Source of the DNA: Phoronis australis
Lineage: Eukaryota > Animalia > Phoronida
Length of the DNA stretch: 64,000 nucleotides
NCBI GenBank assembly: GCA_002633005.1
Contig: NMRA01000104.1
Location: forward strand, 330,070-394,069
Reading direction: 5' to 3'
Shown: positions 35,219 through 48,149 of the stretch, one piece after another
Numbering within the stretch: the first letter of the stretch is position 1
Layout: every line of letters starts with the position of its first letter
Program-made: the position numbers and the translations under genes
The notes under the pieces: model-generated
Database searches by the model: none
Seen by the model: the letters and a program-made list of their open reading frames with translations, nothing else
Told to the model about the DNA's origin: nothing

Positions 35219-37854
35219 ATCAAACGCTCCACATTAAAAAAGTTAGGTAAACAGTGGCAGTCGACCACTCAGATTTATTTTAGAATCAGAAAAGCCTGAC
35301 TGATATCTGGAAAATTTTCCATACACACAGTTTGCATTGCCGCGTCCGAGTCGGTTTTTTGAACAGCTACGGTATAAAAGAAGAATAAGCTACAAGGCCA
35401 ACAACAAATTGGATTTTTTCAAAATCACATTCAAGGAATCAAAGAAATGCCCTTCGTAGCCTCCACACGCAGAGCAAATCTAAAAATGCCCAGCCAATCT
35501 AGCACTCTCAAAACTATTGAGTACCACCAATGTTGAATTGACATACCATGGATGTTATAGCTGTGTGAAATGGCACACTACATTGGAAAGCTAAAGCGGA
35601 AAAATCCAGGACACATATTTTCTCTTCGAGAATTAAAATCTCTGCAGGACCAAACAACTCAAAACCAGAATTTATCACGCCAGGAAGGACGATATCACAT
35701 TGAAAGATCAATGCTTGTGGATAGTCACGTGGTGTCCTGGCATGACCATTATCTGGCGTGATAAATTTTCGGTCCTGGCGTGTTACATGTACGTTTTGGT
35801 CTTGCAAAGTTAAATTTTCGGTACTGACGTGATAAATTATAAGTCCTGACGTGGCAAATTCTCAGTCCTGGCGTGATAAATTTTGGTCACGAGTTTTTTT
35901 TTTGCGGAGAGAAAATGATGTTTTGAACTGTTTTTAATTCTTGAATAAGTGAAAGCTCTGGTTTTGAGGTATTTATTTTTGGTTCTACAGAGTAAAAATA
36001 ATGTTTTGGCCCGTTTTTAAATCTTGCACAGAAATTCTGTGTCCTGAAATCTTTTTTCGCTTTGGCTGTCCATTCACTGCGGTTGCATTGTTATATATCT
36101 TGCGTCCTGAAGGGTCTTAATAATTGTTGCCAACACTTCTAAGCGTGTACTGCGTCATTGTAGTAGCGCAAGGTGACCTTCAATATATTTTTTCAATTCC
36201 CATCACTGTAAATTCATCTTTAATCTCTTAATCCCAAAATAAGACCTTTCAATTCAATGCACCTTAATGTCCATAAGTCAGTGACATTCACCAATACAAC
36301 TATCTCGGCCATCTCAATGCGGGCTGACTTTTTATTACACTGATGAAATAACACACCTCTTCTCACACATAATCCTAATCATAATTGAGCTGTTTGATAA
36401 CGCACGGGTGAGATAAAAGGACTTATGTGTCTATCAAGGTGATTTTTATTGCCAATCAGCTGCAGAGCAAATTTATGGGAGGGATTTTGGTTTCATGAGC
36501 TTTAAATTGTTTAATGTTACAGAACTGACATTTAGTTTATGACGTTTTACTTCTCGTATTACAATTGCGTACTTTGACGGAAGGGAGGAAATGCTAGATC
36601 AAAGGTTTTAAAATTTGCTATAAAATAGTTTTGATGATAAAATTGCTTGAAGCTGCATTTCACCCTGTTTAGGTGGCTAAGAATGGAACTGAGTCTTACT
36701 CTCATAAAATATGTCTCGTGATATTTCTAGCATTGTTCTCAATCGGTTCATATGACCTGGTATCTGTCCATATTGGTGTAATTCAAAATATAAAATGCGA
36801 ATACTGGAAAAACACTTATATTTTCCTGATGATTGCGTGGGAAGAATGCACTGTACAGTGTGGGAGAGGAAGGTGTTTTTTTTTTCAGAACAGTCCCAGC
36901 GCGGATTCGAATCAGAAACCTCTTGGCCAAAGCTTAACGCTCTGCTGGCTGAGGGAAATCTCAGAGTATTTTAAAAGCATCGGCCTCCATTTCAGCGAAT
37001 GACAGACAGATTCATCGACAGTACATGTCGATTTGTAGTGACGTCGCAGTGTATTTTATTTTGTTATTATAATACCTCTTGTCAAAGCTAAACTATTTCA
37101 CCAAGAACAAGTCAGGATTATGTAGTGATCCACGTAAACTGTACTCGTTGTAATCGAGCACCTATTAAATGGCACATTTCTTGAGTTCGGAAAATGAGAA
37201 CAGAAAATGTCGAATATAATTCCGCGTACAAAGATTTCCAGTGGACCTGATACCACTATCTTACGTTTTGTGGTTATAGTAAAGGAAAGAGCTTACTTCG
37301 AATAACTGCTAACAACGTCTTAACTTGAAATGATATTAAACCCTGTTTCAACGCCCTTCATCCAACCCTTGTTCTGTCCCCGGCATAGGTGTGTCTCTCT
37401 TGAGTGTTAAAAACACAATCATACATACTGACAAAATGAATTTTGCTGTGCATCTCGTTTGAAACATAGTAGCGCCTGCTGGTTTAGTAGACTTCTTAAA
37501 CTAGTTTGCTCCAATATTTTGAGGACGATTAAAGATCATTATTTGAAGTGTTTTAGATATGCGGGTAAGAAAGTAATTGTAAATATCTGTTTAGGTTATG
37601 TTGAACCTCATTGACAAGTCTGCGTATTTAGCCAAAAAATCAACAAAACTATAGATTTTAACCACGTGATAGTACACATTTTTTAAATTAAAAAGCCTGT
37701 AGAATTTGATTTTTGACTTCTTACCAATCTGCCATTAATTGTGCCACACGATCCTGTCTTTTTAGTATTAAACTTTAGGGAAAAAGAAAAGGAAGATGTT
37801 AACAAAACAATAACGGTATCAGTAACATACTCAAATTTTATTTGGTATGCATGT

Positions 37855-38880
37855 TTTATACTTCTTTTTATTTATGTTATTTTTTATTGTGGTAACCCCA
37901 TCAGTTTTCATTGCGTTCCATGGGGACCCTCAATAAAACAAACACAAAGACAGTAAGACACAAACCGACTTAAAATCAATGGTAAACTTAATACTTAAGT
38001 ATGTTGGTACGACACGTCTAAAGCATTTATACATACATGCTGATAGGAATTTACGTCCTGTGTGTTTTCATTATTCTCGTCTCCGTATGGAGGTTTTCAA
38101 TATTAATATCGCTAACACAGGACAGCCCTATTTTGGATAGCCTGGATAGTTTTCATATTTTTGTGAGATGCAGGGCCAAACGACGCGAGGCAGTAATCTG
38201 TGTGAGGTTGAATGATTGCGTTGAAAAGGATTTTCAGTGTCACTCTGTCCACAAATTTACCAATGCGTTTCAACACGCCCATTTTCTTAGAACCTTTTCC
38301 GAGATATAATCAATGTGGTGAGAGAACTTAAGGTTTTGACCATATAGCAGTCCCAGATATTTAAAGAAAATCTCGTTCTCATTTGGACTTTCAGCCATAC
38401 CCAATGACGAGGTTTGGTTTCCAAGTCTTTGAGATGTGCCAAACAGAAGAGTTTTAGTTTTTCACACATGTAGGGGTAAGTTATTGGCCAATCTGAAGTG
38501 ACTGCCACAATTGAGACCTGGATTTCAGAGGAGGTTCTGCCTGAGGACAGTAGTGTCACCCGCATACAGAACCATCTTAGAATTTGGGATTACTGAGTGG
38601 AGACAATTTACAAACATGCAAAATAGCAAGGACCCCAGTATTGACCCCTGTGGGACACCTGTTTTAACAGGTTGGAGGTAAGAGACATCCTTGCCGACAC
38701 GGGTAGCCTGGGTTCTGTTATCAATATAATCCTGAAACCATTTGGCTTCGACACCGGCGACCCCATAAGCTTTCAGCTTCTGCAAAAAGTTGGTTTTGTC
38801 GACGGTGTCAAAAGCCTTTTTTCAACTAATAAAGACAAGGCTTGATCCGTATTTCTATAAATATGGTCAATGACGTCAAT
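37855..38880 (-). mobile_element. L2/CR1-type LINE 3' fragment
   Basis: KAFDTVD...LQKLKAYGV...VKTGVPQGSILGSLLFCMFVN...YAGDT RT motifs; LINE-type tail near 37860-37935. Confidence 0.85.
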
Positions 38881-40713
38881 AATTGTTTGTGAATTTTTTA
38901 ATTTAAAACATTTTTTTCATGAAAATCATCTTATTTTTGATAACCCCTCATAAAAACATTTCAAAAACAATTCCTAATAAAGTTTTTAAAAGAATAGTGC
39001 ATAAAGTATAGTATTTGAAACTTTCACTTGAATCTGACCAAACCATTTCTGAGATATGATGTTCCAAAGTTCAACAAATTTGGAATATTTCTATAGGTCT
39101 GAGTAAAATTCAACGGACATCCAACACACATTTTGGAATTATTGTTGGAAAGGATAGACTTCTTGAAGTTATTAGCTATGACCAGAGCCAATCCGTTGTG
39201 CTGTTGTTAATTTCATTAAAAATTCCTAATTCTCACCGTTGTCCCTGAAATCATAGACCGCTAACTCCGTATATTTTCAATGGACGAAATGTGTGATCTT
39301 ACACAAGCCGTGACGTCATTATTCACTAGCGACACTTGGCAGATATAGCACGCATTACTTCCGGCAAGTACGTCGTCTGCTAATCATCGTCATTTTGTCG
39401 GAATTTGTATCGGTGATTTTGCCAACTAACATCCGTGTTTAAATAAATTCAACGCTCGTAAAACGTTAACATCTTAAAAAGCTCATATTAATACTCCAGA
39501 AATAACCGCCAGGCCTTACTCAAAAACCAATCTCACACCTCAGCAGCAGTTTTACTTGACATTTCATTTTAAGCTCGAATGCACGCCGGTGCCACCCAAA
39601 ATTTTTGGACTCTACTGTTGGAAGACCTTCAACAACGTTTCAATGACGATTTTTTTTCGTTGTAGTAGACAGGAAAATAGATGGAAGAGTTTCCCGTCAC
39701 AATACACTGACCGAAAGCTGAGCTTGCAATGTTTAGAGGGTGGCGCCACCTCTAGGATATTTCGCAAGAAAATGTCGTAATTTCGAATCTGTTGTCTATG
39801 ATCTATGCTGAAATGAAGACTGGTGACGATTTAGCTCTGAACATGCTTAACCATCTATCCAGCGGGATTAAACTCCGCCAGCAGAGCGTTACACTTCGAC
39901 CGCGGGGGTTCGAGGCTCGGTTCATCACTGAGGCTGGCATGATACGGGAATACCGTTTACAGAACTTGCTACCCAAAGACTAGGCTAGGCGAGGTGCTTT
40001 ATCCTGCGCGGTCTCTTACGGCATAAGGGAATTCTGGCAACATAAAGGTAATGATTAATGATTTTCAAATGTGCCTTTGTTAGAAAGTACTGCACCTGTA
40101 ACTATTTCCACCAGATTGATTATATTGCATTGAAAACTCAAAGCGTATGGTAACGCGCTGTCTACAGATGATCACGGGTGTAATTTTCAAACACAATTTT
40201 TAAATCTTGAATTTCAGAAAATCACGTTTCTCGACAAAAATGTCCCTTTAATTAGCACCCTTTCTAGTATCGTATTCATAGAGAGATTGTTAGCACACCC
40301 GCCAGCATGCCAGCTGGGGTAAAGTACATGAAATGGTGGTCGTCATGGCAAATAAAGCAACACATGAAAAGAATCCCACGTTGACACCCAAACCGGTCGA
40401 GATTGGGCATCTCGACCGGCGCAGCACAGAATTTGCTGAGTCAGATCAAAGACGCCGTAATGCTGGCCGGGTGTCTCGTTCTCTAGATAATGAGACGATC
40501 ATATATACATTAGGGGCGACAATATTTATATTTAAATTTTCGTTCTGAAAGTTTGTAAATATTTTAATTGTTCGTGAAAAGCACACACGATTAGGTTTTT
40601 GAATAATAAAAATAGAACAAGGAACTTGACTTTTATTAACTAAAACATTTGTTTAATGTTGCAATAATATGTTCCTCATTAATTATGCAGCGTGTGCAAC
40701 ATAACTGGACCAA

Positions 40714-40822
40714 TTACCAAAACCACCAGGCAACAGTTGGATTTTGAGGTAAGGCATGTGTCATCGCACAATTCTTGGCATGAGAGTATTCAGTCACGTC
40801 CCCGGTCATTGGCGGCTCAGCA
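40714..40822 (-). CDS. Gene D exon 4 (terminal); acceptor supplied by a MITE end
   Basis: ccttacatatttcag acceptor, phase 2; AEPPMTGDVTEYSHAKNCAMTHALPQNPTVAWWFW*; AATAAA at 40637-40632; paralogous 3' region at 43765-44212. Confidence 0.62.
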
Positions 40823-40955
40823 CTGAAATATGTAAGGGGAGGGGGTTATAGACCCCCAGCTCCCCTGTGGTGCACCGCCCATAGACCATGGGTCCCAGAG
40901 CACTGGAAAAAGTGGGGGCTATAGCCCCCCAGCCCCCTATGGTGCACCGCCCATG
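40807..40955. mobile_element. 149 bp MITE with 5-bp TSD (CCGGT)
   Basis: CATTGGCGG...CCGCCCATG termini, CCGGT on both flanks; homolog at 62186-62333. Confidence 0.85.
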
Positions 40956-41157
40956 CCGGTGGTGTCCTTTCAAAGACTATAATTTTCAAACGCCACTTTT
41001 TGAGTAAGAATTTCTACATCTTGGTTACGCTGCCAATAAGAAGCGTTTGAATACACCTTATCTGTTACGACTTATTCCAATTTAAAGTGTTTCCCGTAAT
41101 TTTAAGACTCTCTGATGATAACTCAAATGCTCCTCGGTGGTAGTTTGATATGCTTAC

Positions 41158-41192
41158 ATATCCTCTGCTATTTGTAGGCAATTCTCGAACGA
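41158..41192 (-). CDS. Gene D exon 3 (35 nt)
   Basis: tctacag acceptor, SFENCLQIAED, AT|gtaagc donor; phase 0 to 2 links exons 2 and 4 in frame. Confidence 0.6.
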
Positions 41193-41288
41193 CTGTAGAT
41201 AGAATTAAAAGTGAAACTGAAACAACTTCGGAAGGCTATGTAGGAATCACACATATTTTAGCAAATTTTGTGACCCACTATCACTCAC

Positions 41289-41401
41289 TCTTTTAAGGAA
41301 TGAATTAATCTCATATACAACAATACTCAGACGACACTGGCATAAAGGTAGTTCAAGATAAGCCGGAGCTCGCATATTATGATTTAACGGCTGCATAGCA
41401 T
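41289..41401 (-). CDS. Gene D exon 2
   Basis: gtttgtacag acceptor, (D)AMQPLNHNMRAPAYLELPLCQCRLSIVVYEINSFLKR, gtgagt donor. Confidence 0.7.
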
Positions 41402-41762
41402 CTGTACAAACAAGTGAATGGGTGGATATCAAACTGTTTTTGACCATTTTATAACTTCGCACCAGAAACGTTATCTTTCCAAATATTATTGTGCCGATAA
41501 TCAAATTTCAACTTTACTGAAGTTTTGACGTAAAACTATCATTTAATACAGATGCTGTTGCACGGATTTACAGCATTTTAGAAATAAACTGCAAATGAAA
41601 TGCCAAATTGCTAACTTTACAGACTTGTGATAAATGAAAATTTATCTCTTCTCAATGATGCCGCCACAGCTGGCATTTATGTTGTTTATCTAGCTAATCA
41701 TCCACCATTTCATGACACTTGTTAAGCCAACAGTGCGCAGTGAATGCGCAACAATTTCCTAC

Positions 41763-41859
41763 CCAAAGTCAGTGTAGTGCTGCCTCCGCTGTTCTTTTTT
41801 CCGGCCCACACGCTCATCAACAGCAGGCAGGCAATCATTGACAAGAACAAACCCTTCAT
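41763..41859 (-). CDS. Gene D exon 1: signal peptide
   Basis: MKGLFLSMIACLLLMSVWAGKKNSGGSTTLTL, G|gtagga, phase 1; resembles gene C exon 1 (ACL...KKN...LT); four-exon product is 117 aa with no stop. Confidence 0.75.
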
Positions 41860-44454
41860 AATGCCCGCAAACACAAATCTGGTGTAGCCAGCTAGTTAAA
41901 GTAGCTCAATACTGATTGTAAAAAGAACTTCAATGTTTAAGTACAATCAGTTCGTTGACAACCTCCGTTACGCAGCGGGGTTGACAACAGTCCTACGTCA
42001 CTTACGCATTGCCACGTAAAGAGTCGGTCATGCGTGAACGCATTCTTCACAAGATTTCGTTCCCAACCAATTTGACCTCTAGTTTCCGGAAACGCTTTCA
42101 AATTAACGATAATATCAACAAACTCTCAACTCTGGGTACGTATTACAATAGGAGCTTACCAATAAGCCTGTGTATTTATTGTCATTTATCAAAAACTATA
42201 GGTTTAACTCAGTGTAAGTGATAGTCTATATTTTCTGCAAGTACAAAGCCAGCAGAATTTAATTTCAACACTCAATAATGGGGCCGCGTGGCCATTTTCT
42301 GATATAATTAATAAAGATGAACGCTCGAAAACGCCGTTTCAGTTTTCAAAATTATCTTTCATTTTTGTTAATATGCAAATTTTGAGTTTTTTATTATATG
42401 TCTTTTGATACACCTCACGTAAAAATGGAACGATATAAATACAATTCCTAACAGCCTTTAGAGGAACAGTGCACACATGTAAGAAAAGTTTCTGAACACT
42501 TCATTTAAATTTAATTAGCCATTTCTGAGATACTGCATTCCGTGCTTGTACATTTTTCTAACTTAACCTTAAAATACAAATTGAAGCACCAAATCCCTAT
42601 TTGATTTCATTAAAACAGAGGCTCAGTTTCTAGTTATATTGTTAGAATATGCCATTAGTCAACGAGCAATTCGTGGATCATTTTAGAAAAAGTTACCCCA
42701 GGGTCTCAAATTTTTAATCCGATTCAAGAGGCGTTTGGGCTGGGTTAGCCGCAGGTGATTTGATGTTACTTCGATTTTTGATATGAAGGGCGGCATTTCA
42801 ACGCGTATGATTTCGTATGCTGCCTTCGTTTAAGTCCCTCGGCGTACAAAACTGCATTCCAATTTGATTAAACACATTAATTCACTCGGTTGAGATCTGT
42901 AGTTTCACAGCATGCTGGAAGACCTCATATCGATAATTTAGTCACTATCATCAGTTTTGATCAGCTGCTGCATACTGTAATACTATGTGTAGTATGAAAG
43001 ACAAAATGAGCCCTCGGCGATTGCGACTACCATTGTAGCCGTTGGCCCAAGCTCACATTGTGTTGTTTGAATTTTTATGCCCCAAATGACGCAGGGCGCG
43101 CTCCTAAAATTATCGCTCGCCATAATAAAGATAAAATTAAACATCTGTGAACAGAACTAAGATTTGGGATTCTTATATATGTCCCTAATTGGGACTGTTT
43201 CATGCAGTTGGGCACAGGTATTTTGTGACTTGTGTTTCAATGCACCGACAGGACTACCCATCGCCACACTAATGTAATGAAAGAAACTGTTGAAGGATTT
43301 ACTTATTCCGCTTACTTTGTTACGCTTGTAGCCGGGATTTTACAATAAGTGGCTCAGTGCTGGGTTGCTTTTTCCGGGCAGCGCTTGCAGACGGGGCTAT
43401 ATCTTACCAAACTATGGTGCGTTTGGCTGTACTTTCACAAAAGTCACACACTTCATACAAAGATCCTAACCATCTCGCTTTTGACACCGATTGCGTAGTG
43501 AGCATCTCATGGGAGTTCCTTGGCAATGACGCTCAGCGTGCAGACAATGCGCATTGAAAGTGAGCGGGCATTTTAGCCTTATTTCTGTGTAATCAAAAAT
43601 CATATAAGGCCTGGTGTAATTACATCATGGAAGGCTCTAAAATAACTTGATGGAGACTAAAACAAACGTGACCTCAGGGACTGGATGACAAAAAAGGCTA
43701 TTGAAAAAGCCACCGCGCTCTCTAACGACATGGTTAAGTCCCAGAATTGAATACCAATTAAACCTTGATGAAAAGAACTCTACGTTGACTCCCTTACCGG
43801 ACGAGATTGGCGAACTCGACCGGTTTTGTCTTCCTCGAATTGCGCCGGCATTGATCAAAGACACCATGCTGTTGCAGTTAATTACATCGCTTCAGGCTGC
43901 TGATTTTATCGTTCTCTAGATAGTCAGACCCATCATAAACACACTATAGGGGCGACAAAAGACAAGTATTTTTAAATTTTCGTTTTGAAAGTCTTTAAAT
44001 AGCACATTTGAATAGTTCGTGAGAAGTACACGGGGTTAGGTATTTTTTTAATTTAGAAGATCGGACAAGAAATGTGAATTTTACAACCTAAAATTTTGTA
44101 GAATCTTTCCATATTACGCTACTCATTAATTTTACTAGGTGTGCAACATAATTACCAAACCACCAGGAAGAAGTTGAATTTTGAGATAAGACAAGTGTCA
44201 TCCTACAATTTTCAGTTTTTAAAAAGAATAGAAACGGGGCCACAGCTGCACCACCGAAAAATTTTACACTGACCGATATCTGGATATTGCATCTTGGCCT
44301 TTGTCATTTTCACATTTTGACCTTTATAAAGTTCAATAATTGCATAATGATCTGAACTGCAGTACCTCCATGTAAAGCTGTGTGTCTGAAATACTGGCGA
44401 CATCTTTCGGTATGTGACAAAAGTTCGCAAGTACCGTCTGCATCGCTGGACCAT

Positions 44455-45117
44455 AAGGTGGCACTGAACAGTTATGCTGCGGCCGCGGCCAATTTGCACT
44501 TCCGAAATATTAAAATTTTGGAGTAGGCCAAGTTTGGGGGCATTTTGTAGGTAGGCATTGCATGTAGGCTCAGTGAATGTTATTTGTATTTTTTGAACAT
44601 GCTGAGAATGAAAAAAGGCCACTTTCCCGGCTGTAGCTGCAATCTTCTTCAAGATGGTGGCCCCCTGTTGCAATTGTGCATTGCTGTGAAGCATCTGAGA
44701 AATTGGCCGCGATTTCAGGTAGCCCTCAATCAAGCCAGATTTGCAAAAAACTAGTTGGTTGACAGTACTTTTGAACCACATTTTTGGAATCGGTAGGAAA
44801 TTTGCTTTCGGAGTCTAATGTTGGCTTTAGTCGAGCATTGGCAGGGAAGTGGTGGTTTTGGGGTCAAAAGTGCCGATTTTGCATTTTTGCCCTTATTTTT
44901 CTTAGTCTAGTTTGATGTTCACTGGGAGTGAAAGGGTCAAAAATACACGAGAGAATAAAGATTCTGTGCTCATCTCTAGGGCTTGTGATGTCAGTGACAT
45001 GACTCAAAAAGTTTTCTTTATTTACATGCAGTTTTTGACAGAGTGAAGAAAGGGTGAAGAGTCCATAGACATGTGTTTTGACAGGAAAACCCCTGTAAGA
45101 ACTGTTCAGTGCCTCCT
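44455..45117. mobile_element. TIR element inside pseudogene E
   Basis: AGGTGGCACTGAACAGTT at the left and AACTGTTCAGTGCCTCCT at the right. Confidence 0.55.
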
Positions 45118-45314
45118 AACCAACGCTGGCCTACGTACTTGCTTGTCCTTTTCCGTTTCCTTAGTCAATTCTCCGCATATTACTTATAACTAACGGAGTA
45201 GGTCTGTACAAAAAAGAGATGTTGCATATTACCTAAGAAGAAAATGTGAACCTCAATATAAAGCCAACTGGTGGATTGCGCCACATCTGTCGCGTGGTCG
45301 GAAAGACGGGAAAT

Positions 45315-46099
45315 CTCGCTGGTTCCCTACGTGCCTAGCCAGCACGCAGGTATCACGCAGTAGCACGCGCTTTAGAATTGGTTGATGTAACCTCGGCAGT
45401 CATTGGTTAACTTTACAACGTGAAAAAATGGCGGACTATGAGCGATTTTTAGCCTTGTCATGCAAGTGGCGCATCAGCAACTGTTTCGTTTCGGCAGTAA
45501 TGTTTTTGATCGACATATGTCCCGAATGATATATAATAGTTCGTGCGTCGCAAGCTCGTTATCAGAGATGAAACCAAGACCGGGGTAGGCGATATAAGGT
45601 CATTTATTATGACTAATACAATTACAAGTAAGGTCATTTATATGACTAATACAATTACAAGTAAGGTCAGTTATATGACTAATACAATTACAAGTAATAG
45701 ATAGTGACTAAACATAAGTAAGGTAAAAAATACTAATCTCTGGTAAGATGGGCGAATGAAAAGCGCCACAAGAGATGTAGTACATACATGTACAACAAAC
45801 ACATATCTGGCCGATTTAACCGGTGTGTTATTCATCGACAGAAGAAAGATGCACTACGAAAAGGCGCAACCACAATTTCTGGGATTCACATTTCCTGAAC
45901 ATAAATTATACTCACCGATTTTTCTGTACAACAGACCACATATACACTTGCTCCATTAGTCATGCCAGTTTGCGTAAAGTGCTGCCTGATGAGAATTCGA
46001 CCAGCCAATCAGAAACGCCGATGTAAAAAATTTCCCGAGGAAAATTAAATGATACCTGGGTGCTGGCTACTACTTAGCAGCAAACAGGGAACCAGCGAG
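45315..46099. mobile_element. TIR element with about 10-bp TSD (Mutator-like)
   Basis: 14-bp TIR CTCGCTGGTTCCCT / AGGGAACCAGCGAG; flanks GACGGGAAAT and GAAGGGAAAT; contains a 33-34 bp x3 tandem repeat at about 45595-45697. Confidence 0.7.
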
Positions 46100-48149
46100 G
46101 AAGGGAAATAAGCTCTACCACACGGTGTAGGGTGTACACATAAATATGTCTTTACTTATCGTTCACACGGAGCTAGGTGCAGGCGCAAGTAGTTGCTATG
46201 CAAATTGCCATTATTAAGCCAATGGTGACAACATGGTTGAGCAAAATAGTCAATAAAATAGGTGGTCAATCTTCTAGTAAGTTAATGAATAATCAGAAAA
46301 TAAATGAACAGGCTCGCGCAAAAGTCAGAACAATTCAAAGACGTTCAGCTGTGGATCGTAACGAATGTCTTGCTTGTTGCACTTCTAGAGATCTGTCCAA
46401 GAAATACTACTTACAAGACGGCGCAATCATAACGATGACGTGGAGCAAATAATACAAAATTGGTCGCCTTATCACCATCTTGTGTTATTCAACCAATGTT
46501 GGTATTGCCAGAATAAATATTGTTTATATACATTGTAACTGTTGGAATGGTTAGCTAACTTTCTGTGATTTTAAGCATTTTAAAGAAATTATTTCTTGAT
46601 ATAAATTCAGCCTCATATTTTTCTCCCAAGCTGAGCCTGGTGAATTTCCAATGCGTTTTTGTGATTGTGATATTGAACTGCAGTTGCACCTACCTCCGCC
46701 GTAATCTTGGGATAGTATATCCCCTCGACCTATCGGAAGTTATTATCGAAAGCTCAAAAACTAAAGGGCCGTCTTGGCAGGAATGTGGATTTTTTGTCCG
46801 CAAAGATTTTACATTTTGATGGACTAAATATGTCCGTATAAATCAATTGTGAATGTTCCTCATAGCTTTCTTATATGAGGTTATCATTGTTTCCTGTAGG
46901 GAGACAGTTCACAAAATTGCAGAATAGCTCTCTACTTGATTTAATTTGCTTGCTCACTGATAACACGTACGCGAAGAGGGTGAACGGTTGAATATCGCCT
47001 TTCTTTTAAAGTGGCTATTAACCCACCGCCCATTACAAAAAACAATTTCTGATTTAAACCACTTGACGGTTATGAAACTAGTCTCAAATTAGAAGATTTT
47101 TGACTGTTTGCCATTCCTTGAGACCAGGCTCAGCGCGTTAAATGTCACGCCGCGACAAATCAGTTTGCAGGGTCGGGTCTGAAGCAGTAAGGAACCGCTA
47201 GTTCTTTCCATGCTCATACGGTACAAATCATATGTTATTGCTCAAATTGACGCCTAGCCGTCAAGACGGCAACGGCATATTTTGTCTGAGCTAGGCGAAA
47301 TAATAGCGGAATGACGGGTCATTTTGAGCGGTAAGATAGGATTTATACTGTAATGTGATTGGTGTAATGGGAGACGGGTTTATAGCCGATTTACAGGTGT
47401 CCGTATATTCTTACCGAGTTCTTACGTAGCTGTTTGTTGCATTTCTGAATAGTTCGGGAGATCTACGTCACCCTTTCTTGTCTTCGCGCCTTGGCGCCAT
47501 CTGGTGCCGTCGACTCTAGGTCAGCTCAGATGTAAATGTCAAATGAGTTCTAGCAGTAATACTTTACTCCCAATGACAGAGGTGATTTTAAAAGCAATTT
47601 TCACTGGTACGTCGCCTATCAAATTGAGCTGAAAATTACAAAATCTCTCGTGCTTTTTCTAGCACTGGCAAATTAGAGGCTAATGGCATTGACTGGCACA
47701 TGGAATGGCTTGTTGTGCTACATGTACGTTAAATGTTTCAACAGATCTTTTAGCCTTATGCGGGCACCTTCGAGACTGCAAGTTTTTGTCTTGTGCCATT
47801 TGGTGCTCAGTGTTGAATGATTGTTCTCTATAAATCAGTTTTGGCCTGCACCTATAATATTTAATGTTGTTTAAAATTTCAATAGCACTACGTTGGCCTA
47901 AGGGAGTTTCTGCCAGGTCCAGATCAAGAGTATATTTGCCGCCATATGTCATTTGGGGGGTCAGTAACATGCACTGAATCACAGGGGCTTGTTTTTTATA
48001 TAATGCATCGAATGCTAGCTCAATTTGGGGGTTCGTGTTGAGGTGTTAGTTGCGGGACGCTTCTAGAATGCAAATGTTCTTTCAAGGGTCCTTGTTCTGT
48101 ATGCGGATGACACTACAATACTGCCCGCAGGCAGACCCTCATCTGAAAT

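Larger units (their letters stand above)
43765..46234 (-). pseudogene. Pseudogene E, tandem duplicate of gene D broken by transposons
   Basis: 43765-44212 aligns with 40360-40790 (terminal exon NCRMTLVLSQNSTSSWWF plus 3' flank); exon 2 remnant after tttgtacag at 45203-45139 has stops in all frames; frameshifted signal-like VTIGLIMAICIATTCA at 46234-46156. Confidence 0.6.

Noticed and set aside
36673-36770. Signal-like KICLVIFLALFSIG
   Set aside because: No in-frame ATG and no downstream Cys exon found.
44212-44781. 189-aa ORF
   Set aside because: Overlaps transposon-like sequence, has a non-ATG start and no recognisable motif.
45595-45697. CRISPR-like 33-34 bp repeats
   Set aside because: Contiguous tandem copies without spacers in eukaryotic DNA.
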